From Octopus sinensis (Eukaryota): 64,000 bases of DNA. Position 1 is the stretch's first letter; the number at the start of each line of letters is the position of its first letter. Positions 40,685 to 51,853 of the stretch are shown piece by piece. The stretch spans positions 26,846,001 to 26,910,000 of the forward strand of contig NC_043010.1 in assembly GCF_006345805.1 (NCBI RefSeq). Reading direction: 5' to 3'. The translations under genes were made by a program, and so were the position numbers. The notes under the pieces were generated by a model. It saw only the letters and a program-made list of their open reading frames with translations. It was not told the DNA's origin and did no database searches.

Positions 40685-41138
40685 TTAAACCTTTTGATAC
40701 TAACCCGGCTGAAACCACCTCTGGCTCTGTAGTACAAATGTCTTGTTTTCAAAAGTCCCGAATTAAAATCCTCCACCAAACCCTAGTCACAATTTATGTT
40801 CCTAACACTAGCTGAATTTTACTAAAATCTTTGTTATATTTAAAATTAATTGAAAGAAACACAGAGCATCTCAACAGAAATATGGTAACAAAAGGGTTAA
40901 AATATATAATAGAGAAACAATTCTTAACCCTTTAGATACCACACTGGCTGAAACCACCACTGGTTCTGTAGTACAAATGTCTTGTTTTCATAAGTCTTGA
41001 ATCAAAATCTTTCATGAAATCTTAGTCACAATTTATGTTCCTGAAAGCTTGTTATTTTACTAAATTCTTTGTTACATTTAAAATCAATTGAAAGAAACAC
41101 AGAGCATCTCAACAGAAATATGGTAACAAAAAGGTTAA
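40685..41138. mobile_element. Two adjacent piggyBac-type MITEs of about 215 bp
   Basis: TTAA-flanked units 40685-40900 and 40924-41138 with CC(C/T)TTT...AAA(A/G)GG ends and shared internal sequence. Confidence 0.75.
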
Positions 41139-41579
41139 CAGATGAGCTTGTTATTTTTAGCTCCAGGTTATCTTTCAAATGTATTCGACTTGTGACCACC
41201 CCATCTTTCTCCTTCCTCACCCTCTGCTTCTACCTCCCAAACATAATTCATCCAGAATTACATCTCCTTTCTTAAAAGTAGGATGTTGATTCAAATGAGA
41301 TTTATTTTATTCTACACAGATTCACTTATACTCTTTTACTTGTTTCAGTCATTTGACTGTGGCCATGCTGGAGCACTGCCTTTAGTCAAGCAGATCAACC
41401 CCGGGACTTATTCTTTGTAAGCTTAGTACTTATTCTATCAGACTCTTTTGCCGAACCGCTAGGTTGCAGGGACATAAACACACCAGTATTGGTTGTCAAG
41501 CAATGTTGGGGAGGGGGGAAACACAGACACACAAACATATATATACATGCACACACATACACACATATATATATACATA

Positions 41580-43181
41580 CTAGCAGTATCGCCCGGCGTT
41601 GCTCGGGTTGTAAGGGAAATAACTATATAAGCATTTTTAGAGAGTTATAGCCAAAAAGTAGCAAAAAAATGCATTAAAAATTCAAAAAAAATTAAGGTAA
41701 ATTTTTCTTTAAATCGTTGACACATCGTAGATATTTTTAGAGAGTTACTTCCCTTATATAAAAGCGAAAAAAATGCATTAAAATGGAAAAATATGATGGT
41801 AATTTTTTTTTAAATCGTAGACTCATCGTAGACGTGCGCTAACACCCAGAAGGGCTCGTTTGTTATTCTGGGTAACTTTCTGTAAAATTATTAAAATTTT
41901 GTTCAAACATCGCTATAGAAAATGGGTCATTAGCTAATATTCAATTGGGTATACAACAAAATTTTACGATAGAATTTGTTATTCTGGGTAACTTTCTGTA
42001 AAATTATTAAAATTTTGTTCAAACATCGCTATAGAAAATGGGTTATTAGCTAATATTCAATTGGGTATACAACAAAATTTTACGATAGAATTTGTTATTC
42101 TGGGTAACTTTCTGTAAAATTATTAAAATTTTGTTCAAACATCGCTATAGAAAATGGGTTATTAGCTAATATTCAATTGGGTTTACAACAAAATTTTATG
42201 ATAGAATTTGTTATTCTGGGTAACTTTCTGTAAAATTATTAAAATTTTGTTCAAACATCGCTATAGAAAATGGGTTATTAGCTAATATTCAATTGGGTAT
42301 ACAACAAAATTTTACGATAGAATTTGTTATTCTGGGTAACTTTCTGTAAAATTATTAAAATTTTGTTCAAACATCGCTATAGAAAATGGTTATTAGCTAA
42401 TATTCAATTGGGTATACAACAAAATTTTACGATAGAATTTGTTATTCTGGGTAACTTTCTGTAAAATTATTAAAATTTTGTTCAAACATCGCTATAGAAA
42501 ATGGGTTATTAGCTAATATTCAATTGGGTATACAACAAAATTTTACGATAGAATTTGTTATTCTGGGTAACTTTCTGATACCCATAATAATATTTATGGC
42601 AAAATAGGCCTTAATTTCATTTAAGGTTGTGGGAAATAACAAACTATCCTTTCTTTCGGTTTGTTTACGTTTAGCGTAATGATTTCAAATAGGCTCATTC
42701 GAAAAAGTAAATAGAAATAGTCTAAGGCTTTACTCTTCTGGGAAAGTCTGTGGCTTGGTCCAGTTTCTTCAGAAAACTCACCGAAAGAAACAGTTTTTAG
42801 ATTTTCACTCCATTCAGGTACCAATTCGTTTTCTTTATCGCTGTCGGATTCACTGTTTTCACTTTAATAGCTGCAAACTTGCAAAGACAAAGGAGGAGAA
42901 GGGTGATAGCGTCAGTGAAACAATTCGCTCCCTTTGTGTGTGTGTGCGTTTGCGTGTGGTGTAAACCAAACTAAGAAAAGCATTTGACACACACACCAGA
43001 ATGTGAGTTTTCTGTAAATTTTGCTTAATTGGAGTTTAAATTTTAAAAACTGGACCTGGCATGACGCGATGCATTGTACTCTTAAAAATGCTAGGTAAAT
43101 TGTAATTGAAGAAATCCTATATTGTAGATTTGTATAACTCCCAAAGGGTGGCAGATAAAATCTGCCTTTTATAATAAGAGA
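41580..43181 (-). mobile_element. Chimeric non-autonomous Helitron inserted in a SINE
   Basis: 5' TCTCTTATTATAAAAGGCAG at 43181 (family A end). 3' hairpin CCCGAGCAACGCCGGG plus CTAG|T at 41580 (family C end). Splits a minus-strand SINE at its TA tract. Confidence 0.85.
41859..42577. repeat. 116-bp minisatellite, about 6.2 copies
   Basis: tgttattctggg starts at 41861, 41977, 42093, 42209, 42325, 42440 and 42556. Confidence 0.97.
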
Positions 43182-43857
43182 TATACGACGGGCTTCTTTC
43201 AGTTTCTGTCTACCAGATCTACTCACAAGGCTTTAGTTGGCCTGAGGCTATAGTAGAAGACACTTGCCCAAGATGCCACACAGTGGGACTGAACCCAGAA
43301 CCATGTGGTTGGTAAGCAAGTTACTTACCACACAGCCACTCCTGTGCCTGCCCTCATCAACAGCCCTATGATCAAAGAATTTCTACCCATAACCATTCCT
43401 GTTTTTTTTTACAAGGATGATATATCCAAGACTGCACTATCAATCCAACATAATTTTTTTTAAAAAGTATCAATAAGATGTGATTTGAGGCAGAAATGGC
43501 TGCTGTTTTTAGCAGGACTTGTGACCATTTCAATGCACCCTCATTGATTCTTGTTTTCCTGTTTACTTGTATTTCATCTGGTAATAATTATTTTCATCCC
43601 TTTAAGGCAGCAAGCTGTAAGAATCATTACCATTTTTTCTGACTTTACATTCTGAGTTCAAATGCCAGCAGGATCAAATTGGCCTTTCAACCTTTCAGGG
43701 TCGATAAAATAAATACCAGTTGAATACTGGGGTCGATGTAAATGACTTACCCCCTCTCACAAATGTTGCCCTTATGGCAAAATTTAAAATTATAATTTTC
43801 CTCCCTTTTTCTGCTTTCATCTTTTAAGTTGTCTTCTTCTTTCTGTTGTTCTTGCAG

Positions 43858-43970
43858 TATCTGGAATTTTTAACCAGCAGGGACCAAATCATCATTCAAA
43901 TAACTAAAGTCTGCCGACCATTTTATGATGATAAATTTCTCAAAAACAAAGTCATGAAGCCACTTCTTGA
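43858..43970 (+). CDS. Coding exon c of a CFAP99-like gene
   Basis: Acceptor tcttctttctgttgttcttgcag, donor GA|gtaagt. 113 nt: YLEFLTSRDQIIIQITKVCRPFYDDKFLKNKVMKPLL, phase 0 in and phase 2 out. Resembles the CFAP99 pattern FLxF...YD..FV...LIxPLL. The first coding exon and downstream exons were not identified. Confidence 0.8.
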
Positions 43971-45213
43971 GTAAGTCATTCACCTTTTAAGCAATATTTT
44001 CAGTAAAGAAACATGATAGTTTTGAGGTTAAGAAGCTGGAATAAGGACCATGTGGCTGCTGGTTCAAACCTTACTAGATCAGTATGTTGAGTTTTTTTTG
44101 TTTTCATTTTTTTTTTTTGCCCTAGTGACATTTTAGTGCCAAGGACAAAGAGTGCCTTGGTTTTAGTATGGGTGCATTTGACAGTGCAGAAGTATGTGAC
44201 CTTATAGGTCTATACAGTTTTGATTCACTCATCAAAAACTTCACATCTTGATTATGAAGGGGCACACAATGGATAGATTGCCACCCTCATGGGTAACATG
44301 AATTGATGGCAATAAGAATAACATTTTTGCTACTGTGTGGTAGTCATGGACGGGCAGATGGGTAGGGGTAAAATGGTATTGATGGTGGTGGTAGTGGTGG
44401 AAGGAGGAGAAGCAGGAGGAGGAGGAGGAGGAGAAGAAGAAGAAAAAGAAGAAGAAGAAGAAAAAGAAGAAGAACAAGAACAACAACAACACAACAATTG
44501 TTTTTCACATGGTCATTGTGATAGTGGTGAAAGTGGTGGCTGAGGAATTGGTGATGCTGTAGAATCTTCTTCATCCAATGCACATGTTTCTCAGTTATAT
44601 AACATTACTTTTTGCACACCAGAATAACACTCTCCATTTCTCACTCAGATGGTGAATCCCTTTTGCTTGGTAGCAGATCTGATGGCTTCCCACGTTTCCT
44701 CCTCTTTTGGCCACTTACATTTGGACTGTCTATTTACATTGATAATTACATCACTCACATTACAGCTGCTACATTTAAGGCCCCTTCTGAACATTCAAAA
44801 GAGTCTATTTCATAGGTTCTGTTAAGCTAAATACCCCTGTGTATTTACTACCTACAAAATCAGTTTATGTATAATCCCTCTATACCTCTTTCACTTACTC
44901 ATTTTGGCATGTCAAGCATGGCCACTTTTCAACTTTGTATCTCCATTATTTCATATATTTTCTTCTCTTTGCCTTTCATCCCCTTCACTAATTCTTCCTT
45001 TACAGCCTCACCCTCTCATTTCTTTCATGTTTCTCCCCCTTATATTTCACAAAGAACTAAGAACAAACATCTCTTCCACATAACTGTATATACACTTTTT
45101 CTATATCCCCTCTTTTTTTTTCTTCCTTTCAAGCACCCTCTATATATTCCATGTACCCTTTCTAGTATATCTCCTTGTTTATGCCACTTTATGTATATAA
45201 ATGCACATTTATA

Positions 45214-45618
45214 GGCGCAGGAGTGGTTGTGTGGTAAGTAGCTTGCTAACCAACCACATGGTTCCGGGTTCAGTCCCACTGCGTGGCATCTTGGGCAAGT
45301 GTCTTCTGCTATAGCCCCGGGCCGACCAATGCCTTGTGAGTGGATTTGGTAGACGGAAACTGAAAGAAACCTGTCGTATATATGTATATATATATGTGTG
45401 TGTGTGTTTGTGTGTCTGTGTTTGTCCCCCTAGCATTGCTTGACAACCGATGCTGGTGTGTTTACGTCCCCGTAACTTAGCGGTTCGGCAAAAGAGACCG
45501 ATAAAATAAGTACTGGGCTTACAAAGAATAAGTCCCGGGGTCGATTTGCTCGACTAAAGGCAGTGCTCCAGCATGGTCACAGTCAAATGACTGAAACAAG
45601 TAAAAGAGTAAAAAGAGT
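45214..45618 (+). mobile_element. tRNA-derived SINE, family S1 (about 400 bp)
   Basis: Head GGCGCAGGAGTGGTTGTGTGGTAAG..GGTTCAGTCCC, internal TA/TG microsatellite, (TAAAAGAG)n tail. The most abundant repeat in the window. Confidence 0.9.
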
Positions 45619-45942
45619 ATATATCTCTATGTATATTTGGTGACATAAGTGCATAAGCATGTGTGTATATATATATATATATATAAAATTTAATAAGGGT
45701 AGAAATTGATATTAATCAATTAAAACCAGTGGCCCAGCATATTAAAAAAATCTGAAGATTAAAATATTTCTACATACAAAATTTAAAGGACTGACCACTA
45801 AAAGTGGACGGTCAACATGCTAGATATAGACGTCAAATCGCTATTTTCCACAAAGAATATGTTCTGAAATAAAAACTCAGCACAAACCAAAGCATTAAAA
45901 ATAAACAAGACAAATGAAAATATATGAAATAAAAATGATTAC

Positions 45943-46006
45943 CCATGTACCGATCAGTTTCGATTGTTAATATCCGCAAGGATAAACTGCAATCTTGTCA
46001 GCATGG
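45943..46006 (-). ncRNA. Mirror copy of the G8A hammerhead motif
   Basis: Reverse complement of 46309-46372 within the left arm of the inverted repeat. Confidence 0.65.
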
Positions 46007-46308
46007 TCTGTCATATAGAAATACAATTTGCAGGACTAGATGCAAAAACGTTTGACCGGAGTCTCGCATGCATGGAGTCCAACCGATTATATTTTTGTGT
46101 ATCTTTCAAATGCCTTCACTTTGGCGCGCTGAGATCGGAGAAACTACCCTGCAGCTAATAAGTAGCAGCAGTCAATTTACCGGTTAGAGAACATATTTAT
46201 TTAATTTAAAATATACGCAAAAATATAATCGGTTGGACTCCATGCATGCAAGACTCCGGTCAAACGTTTTTGCATCTAGTCCTGCAAATTGTATTTCTAT
46301 ATGACAGA

Positions 46309-46372
46309 CCATGCTGACAAGATTGCAGTTTATCTTTGCGGATATTAACAATCGAAACTGATCGGTACATGG
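46309..46372 (+). ncRNA. Hammerhead ribozyme motif, G8A variant
   Basis: Stem I CCATG/CATGG, core CTGACAA, stem II GATTG/CAATC, GAAA, stem III CT-GATC-GG, GUA triplet. Confidence 0.65.
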
Positions 46373-46867
46373 GTAATCATTTTTATTTCATATATTTTCA
46401 TTTGTCTTGCTTATTTTTAATGCTTTGGTTTGTGCTGAGTTTTTATTTCAGAATATATTCTTTGTGGAAAATAGTGATTTGACGTCTATATCTAGCATGT
46501 TGACCGTCCACTTTTAGTGGTCAGTCCTTTAAATTTTGTATATATATATATATATACGTGTGTGTGTGTGTGTGTTATATATATATATATATGTCTGTAT
46601 ACATCTAGTTAAATACGTGAGTTTGTACGTATGTACTTGTGTGTGTATATGTGAGGAGAGAGACATGCTTCAGAGACTCACGGTCACTGATAAGGTCACA
46701 GACAGTAACAAAAGGACTTTGACAAGCTAATCAATTAATTATCTAATGGATTGTTAATGAAACTGAAATGAAATGTAATCAATGCACTAGTATTTATTGC
46801 CAATATGATCCTCCCAAAATACAGTAATTTCAGATTCAAAACAATTTCATATCCAGAATTTCACATA

Positions 46868-47032
46868 GGCGCAGGAGTGGCTGTGTGGTAAGTAGCTTGC
46901 TTACCAACCACATGGTTCCGGGTTCAGTCCCACTGCGTGGCACCTTAGGCAAGTGTCTTCTACTATAGCCTCGGGTCGACCAAAGCCTTGTGAGTGGATT
47001 TGGTAGACAGAAACTGAAAGAAGCCTGTTGTA

Positions 47033-47087
<55 letters not shown>

Positions 47088-47312
47088 ATGTTTGTGTGTC
47101 TGTGTTTGTCCCCCTAGCATTGCTTGACAACCGATGCTGGTGTGTTTATGTCCCCGTCACTTAGCGGTTCGGCAAAAGAGACCGATAGAATAAGCACTAG
47201 GCTTACAAAGAATAAGTCCCGGGGTCGAGTTGCTCGACTAAAGGCGGTGCTCCAGCATGGCCGCAGTCAACTGACTGAAACAAGTAAAAGAGTAAAGAGA
47301 GTAATGAGAGTA
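46868..47312 (+). mobile_element. SINE family S1
   Basis: Full-length copy, same head and tail as 45214-45618. Confidence 0.9.
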
Positions 47313-47459
47313 AAGCAACTAATTAAATAAATAAATACATACATACATATATATACTCACACACTAACATATAAATCAGTTCAAAAGGGGAGAGTGAGAG
47401 AGAAATATATACACAGATAGTTTCATAGATACACAGACAATCAGATTAAGCTATATGAA

Positions 47460-47492
<33 letters not shown>

Positions 47493-47558
47493 TTGTTTGT
47501 CCCCTCTGTGTTTAGCCCCTTGTGGGTGGTAAAGAAATATATATATATATATATATAT

Positions 47559-48411
47559 CATCATCATAATCGTTTAGTGTCCACTTTCCATGCTAGCATG
47601 GGTTGGACGGTTCAACTGGGGTCTGAGAGGCCAGAAGGCTGCACCAGGCCCAGTCTGATCTGTCAATGTTTCTACAGCTGGATGCCCTTCCTAACGCCAA
47701 CCACTCCGTGAGTGTAGTGGGTGCTTTTACGTGCCACCGGCACAGGTGCCAGACGCGGCTGGCAAACGGCCACGATCGGATGGTGCTTTTTATGTGCCAC
47801 CAGCACGGGGGCCAGATGAGGCTGGCAAACGGCCACGATCGGATGGTGCTTTTTACGTGCCACCAGCACGAAGGCAGTCAGGGCAGCGCTAGCAACGGTC
47901 ATGTTCGGATGGTTTTCTTACGTGCCACCAGCACTAGTATCACAGCTGCAATTTCCATTGATGTTCATCGATTTTGATTTTGATTTGGATTTTCACTTGC
48001 CTCAACAGGTCTTCACAAGTAGAGTTTTGTGTCAGTTTTGTGTCCCAAGAAGGAAAGGTATGCATAAGTGGACTGGCTACATCCCAGGTAGAGGCCACGG
48101 GTTATGGTCTCACTTGTGCTGCCAGGTCTTCTCATGCACAGGATACTTCCAAAGGTCTCGGTCTCTAGTCATTTCCTCGGTGAGACCTAAAGTTTGAAGG
48201 TCATGCTTCACTACCTCCTCCCAGGTTTTCCTGTGTCTGCCTCTTCCAAAGGTTCCCTCAACCACTAGGGTGTGGCACTTTATCACACAATTATCTTCAT
48301 CCATTCTCGCCACATGACCACACCAGCACAAATGTCTCTCTTGCACACCACAACTGATGCTTCTTAGGTTCAACTTTTCTCTCAAGGTACTTACACTCTG
48401 TCGAGTATGAA
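47559..48411 (-). mobile_element. RTE-clade LINE 3' fragment
   Basis: HLCWCGHVARM..GRGRHRKTWEEVVKHDL..DRDLW. The UTR has four 63-65 bp units. Confidence 0.9.
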
Positions 48412-48944
48412 TCAAAATAAATTTTGCTGAATGTATATATATATATATATATATACTAGCATTAAAGACCCATCGTTGCCGGGTCATAGTGCTAGTGCAT
48501 GTATATATGTGTATATATATGTGTACATATTACATGTACATCTATATATATACATCTACACATAAAATACAAAATACAAAGTTATATCTTGATATCGCTA
48601 GTGATAACAATACTCAAAATATATAACAGACTGGAATTGTTAGCCTGTCTCTTGTAATTTCGATCAATTGTATCTTGTCCTCCCTCTTGTATAGAAGTGT
48701 GGCTACAGTCCAGCCTACCTCTACTTCTGGGTGGGGGGGCATTTTTAATTGTTTTCCGGGACGCCCAACGTCCCAGATATAAAGGTAAAAATAAAATATT
48801 TCCACTTTGCAAGTTCGAGTCGAGTAATCCCTTGCATGCACCGTTGACTCGAACCTTGCTTCTATTGTGGCGAATTTACCACCTCTGATTAGATATCTTT
48901 CATAGTCGGACCAAGACACTTTTCGAAGGTGCTTTCCTCCATGT

Positions 48945-50857
48945 TGTTTTATTATTACCCACAAGGGGCGAACATAGATGGGACAATACAATCGGGAAAA
49001 ATGAATAATGAATTATGACGTTTGTACAATGTGGTGTAATGCCCACTCGATCCCCGAAATCGAGCGGTTACATTTCGTCATTTGTTTTTTATTTGTCAAC
49101 AATATTTTCCAAATAAAAACATTTTACACATTTTCAACATACATTTCAAAAATTTTACAAAGTTCAACATTTTTTTTCCAGAATTTAAAGTTCTTTTTAT
49201 CATTTCCAAATTAAAGTTTTCACAATACCTTTTCTTTTATATATACTCCATTATCTCTACCAAATCTTGGTAAATTTCCATCGTTCGTGGCCACCTTGTA
49301 AGTCGGCATTTCATATGTTTTGTCACGTTCTTGCCAGCTGCCTCGATGAACGCCTCAGCGTCGTTCTCGTGGACGAGTGCACCTGTTTCTTTCCATTCGG
49401 TGCCCATCCTGACCCACGTATATCCATTTGTTACGTTTATTAAATCTTCCATCTCCTCACAGTGCCTGTGATGGATCAACGTTCCATAGTATTTGAATTT
49501 TCTATTCGTACCTACGTTTTCTCTAGTTTTTCTCTTAGGACTTACTTCCTCTTTTTTCTCCTCCCTCGGTTTCTCTCTTTCTCTTTTTGCTTTCTCTTCT
49601 TTCTTTTTCCTTCTCTTGTCTTTTTGGCTCTTTGTCTGCCGTCTCTCTATCCTGTGCCTTATGTTCCTTTCCTGTTGTTTCTTTTCCTTTTTGCATACCA
49701 TCTTTTCCTTTCTCTTGGTTCTGTTCCTTTTCTTGTTCTTTTCCTGCTTTTTCTCTTTCCTTTAATGTACTTTCCTTTTCTTTCTCTTGCTTCTGCCTTG
49801 GCTCCTTCTCCACTACTTCTGCACCCTGTGAATTTTGCTCCTTTTCTACTATCTTCTTCCCTTTGTTTTCATTTTCCTTCAGTGCGCTGTTACTTCCCTT
49901 CTCTTGTTGTTTCTCCGTTATTTCCTTTTCCTTGTTTTCGCTGTTCTTTCCTTCGTGTTCGTTTTCCTTCTCTCCACTTTGTGTCTCTTTTTGCTCCACT
50001 GTGAATTCATACAGCGGACATTCCTTTTTTATGTGCCCTCTTGATCCGCACAGGTAGCAATTCGGTTTTCTGCCCTCCACTATTACACTAATTGTTTTCT
50101 CGTTTTCTATTTCTATTTGGAAGGGAAACCTTTCGATGTCTTCCATTGTGGCCATCAGCCACAACTCTACTCCGAATCCCTTCCAATTTACAACGTTCGT
50201 CTCCTTGATTGACCCTATTTCAACTTCCTCCTTTGCTGCCCCAATAATGGCTGTTACCAGCATTTCTGTTTTAATATCTGGGGGCACCTTTGGGACTCTT
50301 ACCCGTACCCCTCGTCTTCCTTTATACATCGGCCACATAGTGAAATTTTTGGCTTTCAGGACAGTGGAGGCCAATGAGGCCGCCACTTCCTTTGTTGCGC
50401 ATCTCACCTCCACCGTACCATATTTCTTTCCTCTGTCTACAAAAGTCGCTTTTTTCATGATGTCCCCCAGACATTTCTCTATTTCTTCAATCATCACTCT
50501 CACCAGTTTTCTCGTGTTTCTATCTTGCGTTCTATACGTTATCATCTTGTTATTTCTCTCCTCTATTGTTTCAACAGGCGGGACCAGCTTCACGCTGTCA
50601 CCCTCCCTTTTGACGAACTTCTCGTATTCCTTCAATTGTTCTTTTCTAAAGAACACTTCTCTTATTCTAAGAGACTCGTCACTTTTTGTTGTGGCGACCC
50701 CCGCGTAAGTCTCCATGACTTGAGGGTCGACACACCTTCTATAAAAGGTTCAAACACGCTTCGGCAAACGCCTCGCGCGATTCAATTTTTTGACAATTTT
50801 TAACAGTTTTTTTCCAAATTTTTACATACAAAATAACTAACCAACACACTCTTTGCG
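48945..50857 (-). mobile_element. ORF1-only non-LTR retroelement (HAL1-like)
   Basis: Gag-like ORF and no RT. 3' tail TTGTCCCATCTATGTTCGCCCCTTGTGGGTAATAATAAA. Possible TSD ACATGG(C/A)GGAA at 50858-50868 and 48934-48944. Confidence 0.6.
49535..50716 (-). CDS. Gag/ORF1-like protein with CCHC zinc knuckle and Lys/Glu-rich C-terminus (393 aa)
   Basis: VEGRKPN-CYLCGSRGHIKKEC (CX2CX4HX4C) preceded by RRM-like segments (GTVEVR, VRVRVPKVPP). An overlapping frame (49237-49701) probably continues it after a frameshift. Confidence 0.8.
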   Translation of the reverse strand: METYAGVATTKSDESLRIREVFFRKEQLKEYEKFVKREGDSVKLVPPVETIEERNNKMITYRTQDRNTRKLVRVMIEEIEKCLGDIMKKATFVDRGKKYGTVEVRCATKEVAASLASTVLKAKNFTMWPMYKGRRGVRVRVPKVPPDIKTEMLVTAIIGAAKEEVEIGSIKETNVVNWKGFGVELWLMATMEDIERFPFQIEIENEKTISVIVEGRKPNCYLCGSRGHIKKECPLYEFTVEQKETQSGEKENEHEGKNSENKEKEITEKQQEKGSNSALKENENKGKKIVEKEQNSQGAEVVEKEPRQKQEKEKESTLKEREKAGKEQEKEQNQEKGKDGMQKGKETTGKEHKAQDRETADKEPKRQEKEKERRESKKRKRETEGGEKRGSKS

Positions 50858-51765
50858 TTCCGCCATGTGTTCAAATCTTCTTTTTTCTCTACGTTGAATA
50901 CTTTATAGACAATAGTCTTTTCTTTAATTTGATTTTTTATTATCCATCTGGACTATTCCATTTCTGCACGCTAATTTTATTTTTGATTTATTCCCATTCA
51001 TGTGAAACCACTTATTCAAATTCAAGTCATTGATGCAATTTTATACCAATTGCTATTTTTACTTTTGTTATGTTACGATTATATTATACTTTAGTTTGAT
51101 TTTAATTATTACTTACTACATATAATTCAATTGTTATTATTATTTTTATTGTTAAAGTGAAAGTATCTGACATAAAATAGATAAATGTTTTTGTTTCACT
51201 TTTAACACGTAATACTGAAATAGTGGAGAAGATATGATATTGTTATGGGCTCGCTCTAGGCAAGAAGTTGAACATTTTGTTTTGCCCATGAAACTACATG
51301 GACCCTAAGTAAGGCATATGTAAAATTTGAATGAAATTGGTTGTGCAGTTCTCAAGTTTTAGGGAAACACACAGACACACAGACAGACAGACAGACAGAC
51401 ACACATTCTCAGTTTTATATATATAAAGATATATATATATACACACACACACAGGTGCCACTTAAAAGCATCCACTCCACACTATAAAGTGGTTGGCATT
51501 TGGAAGGGAATCCAGCTGTAAAAACTTTGCCAAAACTGACCTCGCCTGTGCTTGTGCCATGTAAAAGGCACTAAGTTCACTCTGCTGTGTGGTTGGTGTT
51601 AGTAAGGGCATCCAGCTGTAAAAATCCTGCCAAAACAGTCACAGAAGTCCGGTTCAGGCTTCAGCCTGGCCGGCTCCTGTGGTACAGTCCCACCCATGCT
51701 AGCATAGAACACAGACGTTAAATGAAGATGATGATACATACATACATACATACATATATATATAT

Positions 51766-51853
<88 letters not shown>

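Larger units (their letters stand above)
41328..43348 (-). mobile_element. SINE family S1 split by a Helitron
   Basis: 3' half at 41328-41578 and 5' half at 43182-43348. Confidence 0.85.
45775..46540. repeat. Long inverted repeat, arms about 325-330 bp, spacer about 100 bp, Penelope-like
   Basis: 45775-~46105 is the reverse complement of ~46208-46540, with about 7 differences by eye. Confidence 0.95.
48456..51429 (-). mobile_element. Helitron-type element (family B) containing a nested retroelement
   Basis: 5' A|TCTTTATATATATAAAACTGAGAATGTGTGTCTGTCTG at 51429. 3' GACCC-GGCAACGAT-GGGTC hairpin plus CTAG|T at 48456. Flanked by (TA)n. Confidence 0.75.

Noticed and set aside
41859-42577. Possible CRISPR-like array
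   Set aside because: Contiguous 116-bp tandem units with no unique spacers, no cas genes and a eukaryotic context.
44126-44195. Possible next exon after exon c
   Set aside because: Splice sites are plausible and two frames are open, but neither resembles the expected CFAP99 continuation.
48614-48991. 125-aa minus-strand ORF downstream of ORF1
   Set aside because: It starts inside the retroelement 3' tail and crosses the putative TSD, and rejoining the flanks does not restore a longer ORF.
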